Shown piece after piece: positions 54,383 through 63,000 of a stretch of DNA of 64,000 bases. Source of the stretch: Planctomycetota bacterium. GTDB lineage: Bacteria > Planctomycetota > UBA1135 > GCA-002686595. Under the pieces are notes generated by a model that made no database searches, had not been told where the DNA came from, and saw only the letters and a list, made by a program, of their open reading frames with translations. Each line of letters begins with the position of its first letter. The stretch's first letter is position 1. The position numbers and the translations under genes were made by a program. The stretch covers positions 173,929 through 237,928 of the forward strand of contig CBFIJG010000001.1 in NCBI GenBank assembly GCA_965662915.1, written 5' to 3'.

Positions 54383-55390
54383 TCACTGGATCGTGAACCG
54401 CATGCCCCTGCTCATGTTGGCGGCACCACCGTTGTCCCGGTGCCAAAACTGCCAGTGCCATTCGGTTCCGACCTGCGCGGAGACGAAGCCCCCCGGAAGC
54501 GGCAAGCGCGTGAGATCGACGGCGAGGGAGGCCTCCCCGGGCCCGGTGTTGGCGACCGACAGGTACCGACCCGGGCCGCTGAGGCAGAGGTTCGCCGACG
54601 TGCCGCCGATGTTCGGCATGAACCCGGCCTGGTCGGAGGCGATCCAGATACCGAACTGGTTCGGAGGGAGATTGCGGCAGGTGAGCGTCAGCGAGTTGTC
54701 GTCCAGCTCAGGGCTCCCGAACGCCCTGATCGTCGAGCGCTGGCCAATGCTGTTCGCGTTCGCGGAGCAGTAGCTCTCCCCGAAGCGACGCGGCGATTCA
54801 GGGGTGTTGGTATCCAGGGCGCCCGGTGCTCCCGGCAGGTACAGGTGGAGCTGGTCCATCTTGAATCCGAAGGAGCGCCCGGAGAACTCGATCCGGTGAA
54901 CGCCGGGCGTCAGGTTGAAGTTGGCGTTCGGCTGGTTGTTGTGATCGAGGTCGAAGCGGGATTCCCAGGTCCAGGCGCCGACGCTGCCCGCCATGTTGGA
55001 GAAGGTCTTGATCCACTGACCTCCATCCATCCGGACCCAGACGTCGTTCTCCTCGGTCGGGTCGGGGTTCTCGTGGCGATTCCTCAGGCGCAGCTGGTAA
55101 TTGCCGTTCTGCTGGACCTCGAAGTCGAACCCGAAGATGCCCGACGCGCCCGGGGAGTTGAACAGGTTCGGCCCGTTCCAGCGGAGGTATCCGTCCTCGG
55201 TGAAGCCGGGGGTCGATGTGGACAGGGTCCAGTCATCGACGATAGGGGCTGACTCGAATTGAATCGCGACCAGGTTGTTCTGAGCGATGTAGGTGAACTG
55301 TGCTGTCGCAGTTCCCTGCGTGAGCGCGAGCGCGGGGAGCGCTGCCGTGACGAGAGCGATGATGCGGCGCGAAGCGAGGCGTCGGGACAT
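54383..55390 (-). CDS. secreted two-domain protein: lectin/CBM-like beta-sandwich plus Cys-containing C-terminal domain ending ...WQFWHRD...
   Basis: Track ORF 54383..55951 trimmed to ATG 55390 (MSRRLASRRIIALVTAALPALALTQGTATA signal). The N-domain reads GYLRWNGPN...NDVWVRMDGGQWIK...GVHRIEFSGRSFGFKMDQLHLY. The C-domain reads YCSANANSIGQRSTI...LCLSGPGRYL...GTEWHWQFWHRDNGG. Confidence 0.78.
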   Translation of the reverse strand: MSRRLASRRIIALVTAALPALALTQGTATAQFTYIAQNNLVAIQFESAPIVDDWTLSTSTPGFTEDGYLRWNGPNLFNSPGASGIFGFDFEVQQNGNYQLRLRNRHENPDPTEENDVWVRMDGGQWIKTFSNMAGSVGAWTWESRFDLDHNNQPNANFNLTPGVHRIEFSGRSFGFKMDQLHLYLPGAPGALDTNTPESPRRFGESYCSANANSIGQRSTIRAFGSPELDDNSLTLTCRNLPPNQFGIWIASDQAGFMPNIGGTSANLCLSGPGRYLSVANTGPGEASLAVDLTRLPLPGGFVSAQVGTEWHWQFWHRDNGGAANMSRGMRFTIQ

Positions 55391-55670
55391 GATCAGTTGT
55401 GCTGGTTCCAGAAAGTGGTCGCGAACGAGCCACGGACGAGGGCGAGGTGGCTTTGACCAGGGACAGGCGAGTGCGCGAGAGAGGCGCACCCCAATTAGCG
55501 GCCGTCTCGATGCGACGACACACGGGTTCGAGCGTCCACTGATTGGGACGAATTGTCCACAGCTCATCCCGCTCCGAGGCACTCGATTCGAGGGAGGCGA
55601 GCCTTTCACGCCGGCTTCATGGTTTCGCAGGCGACGGGTAGCCGGGCACAATCCGCGCCAGGGCAATGCC

Positions 55671-56075
55671 ATGGGACGTAAGAGCGACAGAAAGGGCCGT
55701 ATCGACCTCGGCGGGCCCTCGGGCGGCCTGAGCAGCAATCCCTTCGCCTTGCTGGGGCAGTCGAAGCAGCATTCACCGAAGCCCGATGGCGCCTCCGATT
55801 GCCCCGCGACGGTCGAGGCCATCGGACCGGGGACGGTGGAGGTTCGCTTCGAACGGAAGGGCCGGGGAGGTAAGGAGGTGACAGTGGCCCGCTGGCTCTC
55901 GGCGCGGCCTGACGAGGAAACCCTCGAGCGTCTTGCTCGCGGCTGCGCCAAGGCCCTCGGAGCGGGTGCTCGGGTGGAGGATGACTCGCTGGTGATCCAG
56001 GGCCGCCAGGTGGACCGCGTGGCACTTCACCTGGAGACGGTGTGTGGGCTCGGCGTGACCCGCGGAGCTTCATGA
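55671..56075 (+). CDS. translation initiation factor SUI1/YciH family protein
   Basis: Track ORF 55293..56075 trimmed to ATG 55671 (MGRKSDRKGRIDLGG...). The SUI1 core is VEVRFERKGRGGKEVTVA...LARGCAKALGAGARVEDDSLVIQGRQVDRV. Confidence 0.8.
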   Translation: MGRKSDRKGRIDLGGPSGGLSSNPFALLGQSKQHSPKPDGASDCPATVEAIGPGTVEVRFERKGRGGKEVTVARWLSARPDEETLERLARGCAKALGAGARVEDDSLVIQGRQVDRVALHLETVCGLGVTRGAS

Positions 56076-56926
56076 TCCACTCGGCGGAGGACTGGTGCGT
56101 GGCGCTCATCGGCGCCGTGACCATCGAAGGCAAGCTCGGGCCGGGCCCGCGGCCCGACCGCGAGGATCCCGGAAACGCGCCCCCGCGCGATCGGGTCCTC
56201 GGAATGGTGCCCGGCCGGCCACTCGGCATCAAACTCGGCGAGAAGGCCGAACGGATTCCGAGGGCTGGTGCGCTCCGGTGCGCCGAGGGTCGCGCGCGTC
56301 TGCTTCACCTGTTCATCCATCATGAGGTCCAGGCCGCCGAGCTCTTCGCATGGGCGTACCTGCTGTTCACGGACGCCCCGTCCGAGTTCCGGCGTGGGCT
56401 GCTCCGCCTCGTCGATGATGAACTGCGGCACGCGCGGCTCTACAGGGCCCGCGCACTTGCGCACGGCGCGGAGTACGGGTCCTTTCCAGTGCGTGACTGG
56501 TTCTGGGCGAAGGCGCGAGGCTGCACGGACCCCAGGATGTTCGTCGCGCTGATGGGGCTGGGGTTCGAGGGGGCGAACATCGAGCACGCGGAGCGCTTCG
56601 CCGACCAGCTCGAGGCCGCCGGGGACCTGGAATCCGCGAGGGTCGTGGAGCGCGTGGGTCGTGAGGAGATTGCACACGTTCGCTTCGCTGCGCGCTGGTT
56701 CACGCACTTCGACGGCGGAGATCCCTCCGTCGGACCGGAATTCGATCGATGGGCCGCGGCCCTCCCGGCGCCACTGACCCCCTCGCTGATGAAGGGCAAG
56801 CCCCTTCAGCGCTCTGAGCGGCGACGGGCCGGACTCTCGGAGTCCTTCCTGGACGCGCTGGCTGCTGCTGACGGGACGACGACTGCTCCGTCGCCCCGGA
56901 GTCCCCGCCCCGGCGGCGAGGGATGA
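56072..56926 (+). CDS. DUF455 family ferritin-like (putative di-iron) protein
   Basis: The ATG overlaps the SUI1 stop (ATGA). HHEVQAAELFAWAYLLFTDAPSEFRRGLLRLVDDELRHARLY and EGANIEHAERF...GREEIAHVRFAARWF supply the E/ExxH ligand pattern of DUF455. Confidence 0.7.
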   Translation: MIHSAEDWCVALIGAVTIEGKLGPGPRPDREDPGNAPPRDRVLGMVPGRPLGIKLGEKAERIPRAGALRCAEGRARLLHLFIHHEVQAAELFAWAYLLFTDAPSEFRRGLLRLVDDELRHARLYRARALAHGAEYGSFPVRDWFWAKARGCTDPRMFVALMGLGFEGANIEHAERFADQLEAAGDLESARVVERVGREEIAHVRFAARWFTHFDGGDPSVGPEFDRWAAALPAPLTPSLMKGKPLQRSERRRAGLSESFLDALAAADGTTTAPSPRSPRPGGEG

Positions 56927-57837
56927 TCTGGCGGTCTACTCGTCCGCGCTGGAGAGGTGGCTGGTGCCTATGGCTCGAGGCAGAGGAGGAGCTGGCCGCG
57001 CTGAGAGCCGGACGGGATTGGAGGGCGGCGGCCAGGGTCCCCGACGCTGTGCGCCACGGGGCCGCGCGCACGCTCCTGGGCGCGGACGCGTCGTTCGACG
57101 AAGGTGGGGCGCGCGCGGGCAGCCCGGAGAGTGGCCGTGGCTTCGCGTGGGCCCCGACGCCTCGCGCACTCGATCTTCTTCGCGCCCGAGGATGGACGCC
57201 GCCCCCCGCACCCACGTGGCAATCACTGAGCACGGCGAACGCGCGGGAGTCCTTCCTCCATCTCAGCCCTCTGCCCGGCTGCGTGTCGTGCCGCTCCACG
57301 GAGGAGGTGCTCGCTGCCATCGGATCGCGCGCGCCGGCGCGCCCGTCGGGCAAGGTACCTGCCTGGATCCTCCGCGCATCACTCTGCGCAGCTGGCCAGG
57401 ATCGACTCGTCGTGGAGGGACCCTGCGAACGCGCTGCCTCGTTCGCGCGGGAGCGCCTGCCGGGTGGCCCGATCGATGTTGCACCTATGGTGGAGATCGT
57501 CGAGGAGTTCGCGATCCACGGGCGCGTCGGCGCCGATGGAGAGCTCCAGGCGGGGCGACCCGTTCGCTACGCGGACACAGCCCGTCCCGCGGCCCGCGCT
57601 CCGTCCTTCGGGCCCGCGGCGCCTGATGTCACCACCGCGCTCGGACGAGCGTTCGAGCGAGTGGGCGAGGAGCTGATGGCCATGGGCTACTTCGGGCCCG
57701 TCGGGATCGACGCGTTCACGTGGCGCGACCACGAGGGCACCGTCCGCCTGCGCGCCGTCTCCGAGGTGAACGCGCGCTACACGCAGAGCTTCGGCCTCTG
57801 CGCGCCGGCGCTGGTGGGTCTCGAACACCCCGCATGA
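56923..57837 (+). CDS. hypothetical protein, possibly ATP-grasp fold
   Basis: The ATG overlaps the DUF455 stop (ATGA). The C-terminal MGYFGPVGIDAFTWRDHEGTVRLRAVSEVNARYT resembles the ATP-grasp C-domain (GxxGxDxx...EINxR). The N-terminal part is unassigned. Confidence 0.55.
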   Translation: MIWRSTRPRWRGGWCLWLEAEEELAALRAGRDWRAAARVPDAVRHGAARTLLGADASFDEGGARAGSPESGRGFAWAPTPRALDLLRARGWTPPPAPTWQSLSTANARESFLHLSPLPGCVSCRSTEEVLAAIGSRAPARPSGKVPAWILRASLCAAGQDRLVVEGPCERAASFARERLPGGPIDVAPMVEIVEEFAIHGRVGADGELQAGRPVRYADTARPAARAPSFGPAAPDVTTALGRAFERVGEELMAMGYFGPVGIDAFTWRDHEGTVRLRAVSEVNARYTQSFGLCAPALVGLEHPA

Positions 57838-57846
57838 CCGGCGGGT

Positions 57847-59133
57847 TCAGCTCTTCAGACTCTCCACCAGAGCTGCGAGCATGTAACCGGGGTCGTCCCG
57901 GCTGCACAGCTCCCGCGCGCTGTGCATCGAGAGCTGCGCGCATCCGACGTCCACGGTGCGAATCCCGTGCTGAGCCGCGGTGAGGGGCCCGATGGTTGAG
58001 CCACACGCCATGTCGGTGCGCATGACCCACTTCTGGTGGGGCACGCCGGCGCGCTCACAGGCCGCCTGGAAGAAGGCCTCGGTTTCCGCCTCCGTGGCGT
58101 AGCGCTGGTTGGCGTTGATCTTGATCACCGGTCCCGCGCCAAGATGCACGTGATGGTCGGGTTCATGGCGTTCCCGGTAGTTCGGGTGGACCGCGTGGGC
58201 CATGTCGGCCGAGATGCAGATCGAGGCCGCGAGGCACCTCAGGAAGTCCTCCCGCGCGCCGCCGCGCGCGAGCACGAGGCGCTCGAGCACGTCGCCGAGG
58301 ATGGGCCCGTCCGCGCCGCCGCGGCTTCCGCTGCCCACCTCCTCGTGGTCGAAGAGTGTCACGGCCACTCCGCGGGGAGCGCCGGCGTCCGCCGCCGCGA
58401 TCACGGCTTCGAGGCCGAGGTAGGCGCTGCAGAGATTGTCGAGGCGAGGCGCCGCGAGCATGTCCTCGTCGACTCCGATCAGCCGGGACGGTGTCAGGTC
58501 GTGGAGCATCGCGTCCCAGGACTTGATCGCCGTCGCCGCGCAGCCGATCTCCGCTGCCAGGAGGTCCCGGAAGGCGCCCTCGTGCCGTTCACCCACCGCG
58601 CTGATCGGGGCCATGTGCTGCTGTCGATCCAACTTCAGGCCCTCCTGGCCGATCGCACGGTCGAGGTGGATCGCCAGCTGGGGCACCCGCATCACTGGAC
58701 GCTGGACGAGAAAGAGACGCTCTTCGAGGCCCGCGCCCTCGTCGATCCAGGCTCGACCGGAGAGGCCGAGGTCACGATCGAGCCATGAGTTGAGGAGAAC
58801 CCCGCCGTAGACCTCGACGCCTACCTGGCGGAAGCCGGCGCCGCCGGTGTCGGGGCGCGGCTTGACGCGCAGGTTCGGGCTGTCCGTGTGAGCTCCGACC
58901 AGCCGGAAACCGTCCGCGGGCTCAGCCGCGGTCGGCAGCGCCCAGGCCATGAGGGACCCACCGCGCTGCAGGTAGGCCCGCTCGGGGATCGAGGCCCATA
59001 CTGTCCGCTCGTCCAGGCGCTGGAACCCGGCCGCCTCGAGGCGCGCCGCAGCGCTGGCGCAGGCGTGATACGGAGACGGGGATGCGTCGATGAAGTCGGC
59101 GAGACCCAGAGCGACGGCGCGAAGATCGGACAT
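57847..59133 (-). CDS. M18 family aminopeptidase (aspartyl aminopeptidase-like)
   Basis: Contains FIDASPSPYHACASAAARLEAAGF, VGAHTDSPNLRVKP, FDHEEVGS and VDVGCAQLSMHSARE. Confidence 0.92.
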   Translation of the reverse strand: MSDLRAVALGLADFIDASPSPYHACASAAARLEAAGFQRLDERTVWASIPERAYLQRGGSLMAWALPTAAEPADGFRLVGAHTDSPNLRVKPRPDTGGAGFRQVGVEVYGGVLLNSWLDRDLGLSGRAWIDEGAGLEERLFLVQRPVMRVPQLAIHLDRAIGQEGLKLDRQQHMAPISAVGERHEGAFRDLLAAEIGCAATAIKSWDAMLHDLTPSRLIGVDEDMLAAPRLDNLCSAYLGLEAVIAAADAGAPRGVAVTLFDHEEVGSGSRGGADGPILGDVLERLVLARGGAREDFLRCLAASICISADMAHAVHPNYRERHEPDHHVHLGAGPVIKINANQRYATEAETEAFFQAACERAGVPHQKWVMRTDMACGSTIGPLTAAQHGIRTVDVGCAQLSMHSARELCSRDDPGYMLAALVESLKS

Positions 59134-59160
59134 TGTCGGTTGGTGGTGGGGGTGGGCCGC

Positions 59161-59934
59161 TCAGGTCTGCTGGACGCGGGTGACGCCCAGCAGGCGCTCG
59201 ATCGATTTCATGCGTTTGCCGAGGAAGGGTACGTGTTCGATCCGTGCCACGACCTGGTTCTCCCGCTTGATGACGATCGTGCCTCCGCCGAACGTGAGGA
59301 TCAGCTCGAGGACGTCGGGCACTTCACGGCTCACCGTGCTCCCCAGGCGGGGGATGCTCTGGTCTCGGCCCCAGGGCTGGATGTAGTGAACGAACTCGTT
59401 CGGCTCCAATCTCCAGTAGTTGAACCTGGGAGTCGCCATACCCAGCGCGAAGAAGAGCGCGAGGAAGAAGCCGACGAGGAAGTAAGTGTGCGTGCTGTAG
59501 TAGAGCTCGAGCCCGGAGATCCAGTGCCCGACGCTTCCGATCACGCCCCAGCCCTGGAGCTTGCCCACGTACAGCCCGAGTCCGCCGAGGAGCAGGAGGA
59601 GGATGAAGATCGCGAACTTCTTCTGGTCGAGGTCCGTGACGATGATCATCAGGTTGAACGCGAGTGAGCCAGTCGCCCACCAGCCTAGGGTGGAGCCGAG
59701 GAAGTTCCCGTCGTCACCGAAGGGTCCACCGCTGATGAGCTGGACCACGCCGCACACGAGGAAGGCGATCAGCGAGGGCCAGAAGTAGATGATCATCGGG
59801 AACGAGGCCACCGGCACGGCGTCCTTGTCCTGATCAGCATTGAAGGGGTAGTAGACCTCCCAGACGGACTCCTTCCTGGGGGGCTTGGAGGCGCTGGGCT
59901 GGCTCGTGTCCGGGCCGGTCGGGGTTTCGGTCAT
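59161..59934 (-). CDS. hypothetical polytopic membrane protein with a C-terminal PH-like soluble domain
   Basis: About 5 hydrophobic helices (FPMIIYFWPSLIAFLVCGVV, LGWWATGSLAFNLMIIV, FAIFILLLLLGGLGLYV, and others). The C-terminal stretch of about 70 aa (RLEPNEFVHYIQPWGRDQ...GGGTIVIKRENQVVARIEHV) is reminiscent of bacterial PH (YdbS/T-like) domains. The stop lies 27 nt upstream of the M18 gene start, on the same strand. Confidence 0.7.
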   Translation of the reverse strand: MTETPTGPDTSQPSASKPPRKESVWEVYYPFNADQDKDAVPVASFPMIIYFWPSLIAFLVCGVVQLISGGPFGDDGNFLGSTLGWWATGSLAFNLMIIVTDLDQKKFAIFILLLLLGGLGLYVGKLQGWGVIGSVGHWISGLELYYSTHTYFLVGFFLALFFALGMATPRFNYWRLEPNEFVHYIQPWGRDQSIPRLGSTVSREVPDVLELILTFGGGTIVIKRENQVVARIEHVPFLGKRMKSIERLLGVTRVQQT

Positions 59935-60072
59935 GGCGTCTGCGTGGTGCGAGCGGATGTGAGCGGTGCGGGCGTCTGGGGGGCCCTCACCTTGGCACGT
60001 GGTGGGATCCTAGCAGCGCCCTACGCTGGAGCGAGGGACCCATTCGATGCCGATCGGGCGCCTCATGACGGC

Positions 60073-63000
60073 GTGCCGCCGTGGCCATCGTCGAAGGAAA
60101 CCGTTGAATGGGAAGCTCACCGGGCCTCGGAGACGGAAGATCTGCTGGCCGTGGTCCAGCCCCATCCCGAAGACCCAGCCCTGCAGCAGGCGCGCGCGTC
60201 CCTCGAGGCGGCCACCTCGGAGCTGCATGACGACCTGGCCCAGCTGGAGAGGACGCGCCAGGATCTCGGCGGAAGGGAGGCCGCAGCGCGTCTCTGCGAG
60301 CTCGACCGGCGCCTTCTCGCGGCCGAGTGTGAGGCGGCGAAGTTCTTGAGGCGGCCGAGGGAGCACCCGGTGCTTCCCGTCGCGCGCGGGTGGATGGAGC
60401 GCCTCCGGGCCACCGGACTGCCCGAGGACGCGCGACGAGCAGAGGCACTGACCTCGGACCTCGAGTGCCGTTCCTTGCGTCAGCGTCTTCGGCGCTGCGA
60501 GGAGGCGCGTGACCGGAGCGCCCTGGAGGCATCGGACGTGCAAACTGATCAGCTCCGGGACCGGCTCTTCGATGCCCTCCTCGCGACCGAGGAGCTGCGC
60601 CTCGGGGTCAAGGGGAGGGCCGAGCGGATCGGGCCGGCAGGCGGCGTGGACACCCGCAGTGTCCTGGAGGAAGCTCGGCGAGTGAGGGCACAACTCCGAA
60701 AGGAGCTCGCTCAGGCCCTCACAATCGCCCCGGCCGATGCCCCCCGGCGAGACGAATGGGCCGGTCGTCTCGTCGATCATGGGGACGAAGCGCTGGTCGC
60801 GGCTCTCGAGGTCGAAGAACGAGTCGGCGCACGAATCCTCGGTGAAGCGCGTGACGCCCTCGAATGGCATTTGAAACACGTGGAGTCCGCTCGCGACGGT
60901 GGCTCACGTGGTCCGGGGCGGCGATTGCGGCGCCGGGTCAGGCGCCTCGAGGCCGAGCGGTTGGAGCTCGAGCTTCAGGTCCGCCTGGAGAGGACCTTCA
61001 GTCGACGGCTGGTGATCCTCTGGGAGCGCGCGGTCCTTCTGGCGATCGTGTTCGTGATCGGGCTTCTCGTCGCATCGATCTGGTACGGCGGGTCGCGCTG
61101 GCTGCTCTGGGCCGACACGGCCGTCTGCGCCTTCCTCGTCGTCGACTTCCTCGTGAAGGCGTTCCGCATCGACTTCGATCGGCATTGGATGAGGCGCCAT
61201 GTGCTGACGGACCTCCTGCCTGCGATTCCCTTCGGCCTGATCGTCATCAACGCCGGCTCCGCGGAGCTCTCTCCGCTGCTCAAGGCGCTACGGATCCAGA
61301 AGGTCGCCCGGTCCCTGCGGGTTCTTCTTCCGATCATCCGTCTCTACCGGGCGTCCACCTTCGTCCTCCGTGGACTCGATCGGATCGTCCGACAGAACGC
61401 TCGTTTCCTGATGAAGGAGACTCTGGTCTTCCCGACGCCTGCCGAGCGGAGGCAGGCGCGCGCGGGGACCAGGATCTTGGAAACCCGGATCTGGTCGGCT
61501 CGGAACGCGCTGGAAACGCTCTTCGCGCGATCCCTGGAAGCCAGGGGCGCCAGCGAACGAGCCGCGCTCGCCTCGGCGCGGCTTGCTTGCTTCCAATGCG
61601 CGGTCACCGCGAAGGTTCCCACCACCGATTCGGGTCAGGACCTCGACGCGGTCAGGCGAGCCGGGCTCCCCATCGCAGAGGACCTGCTCGATCGGCTCTC
61701 CAGGATAAGTAGCGATGAGGTCGAGGGTCGACTGGGCCCGGACGCCCTCGCGCGACTCGCGCGGGGAGCACGTGTCGTCGCCCGATCACCGCTCAGACGG
61801 CTTCCGTTCCTGCGCCGCTGGGTGCCCGTGGATGCTGGCGACCTGTCGGACCGGCGAGTCGCCGCTCGGGTCATCAGGAGCGTGGCTCGATCCGCAGCGA
61901 CCTTGGAGAACAGGGTCCTCTGGTGGGCCGATCTGAAGGGGACGCTGACGCCGGGCGAGCTGGTCGGCAGAGTGGGATCCACGCTCGTTGCGAGATCGGC
62001 CCGGCCGGCTGTGAGGCTGCTCGCGATCGGCGGCGCCTATCTCCTGCTGCGGCTCATGCTGCATGGCCTGGGCTACGATCCGGACGACGCCGTGATGCTC
62101 GCCGAGGGCTACCCGTCTTCAGAGCTGGAGGGTGCCCAGGAGTTGGGCGGCCCGGCGAGCGAGAGAGCCTCGAGGGATCTCGGCGGCTTGCGAGGATTCG
62201 TGCTCGAGGTCTTCGCCATCGTCAATCGGCTGACCGGTGTGGTCCTGGTCGTTCTCGGCTCCGTGTGCCTGGCCTTTCTCGGGGTCGGTGCATGGCTCCA
62301 GCGGCTTGCGAGGGACACCACCGTCTTTCACGAGCAGGTCGCGCGCGCTCAGTTCCTGCACCTGACCGAGAGCATCAAGGCGCGGGAGAAGAAGAGGGAC
62401 GCTGAGCTGCTCGAAGAGCGGGTCTTCCGCCCGGAGCGGGCTCTGCGCGGGGCGTCATGGGCCAACACGGTATCGGACCGCGACGAGGCGCGCTTCCTGA
62501 GCGGACTGGAGAGGTTCATGACTGCAGGTGTCTCCCCGCCGTCGCAGGGCGTCGGGTTCGACGCGGTGGCGCGATCGGTGATGCTCTACCGCGATCTTCT
62601 CGATGGTGCGCTTCTCGTGCATTCGGACACTCGCGCGACCAGTCAGCTCCTGGGGAACCTCGCGCTCCAGCGAATGATGAGTCACGCAGGGCGCGTGGAC
62701 GCCGGGATGCGACAGGCGCTTCGGGGCCTCGACCTCGAACGCAGGCGCACCTTCCTGAGCGGGCCGTACCTGTGGTTCCACTCGATCACCCGCGCTCTCG
62801 CGAGCCGTTCGGCCCGCCTGATCGTGGACTACAACGCGCACGCTATTCCGCGGTCCGAGCTGAAACGCGCCGCGCCGGAGGAGTGCCGTCGATACGAGGC
62901 CTGGCTGGCAAGGGAGTCGTACGGGGTCGACCGCGACGGCCAGGAGGAGTCCGTGCGCGAGAGCGCCCGTGGCCGAGCGGCTCAGCTCACGACGGCCTTC

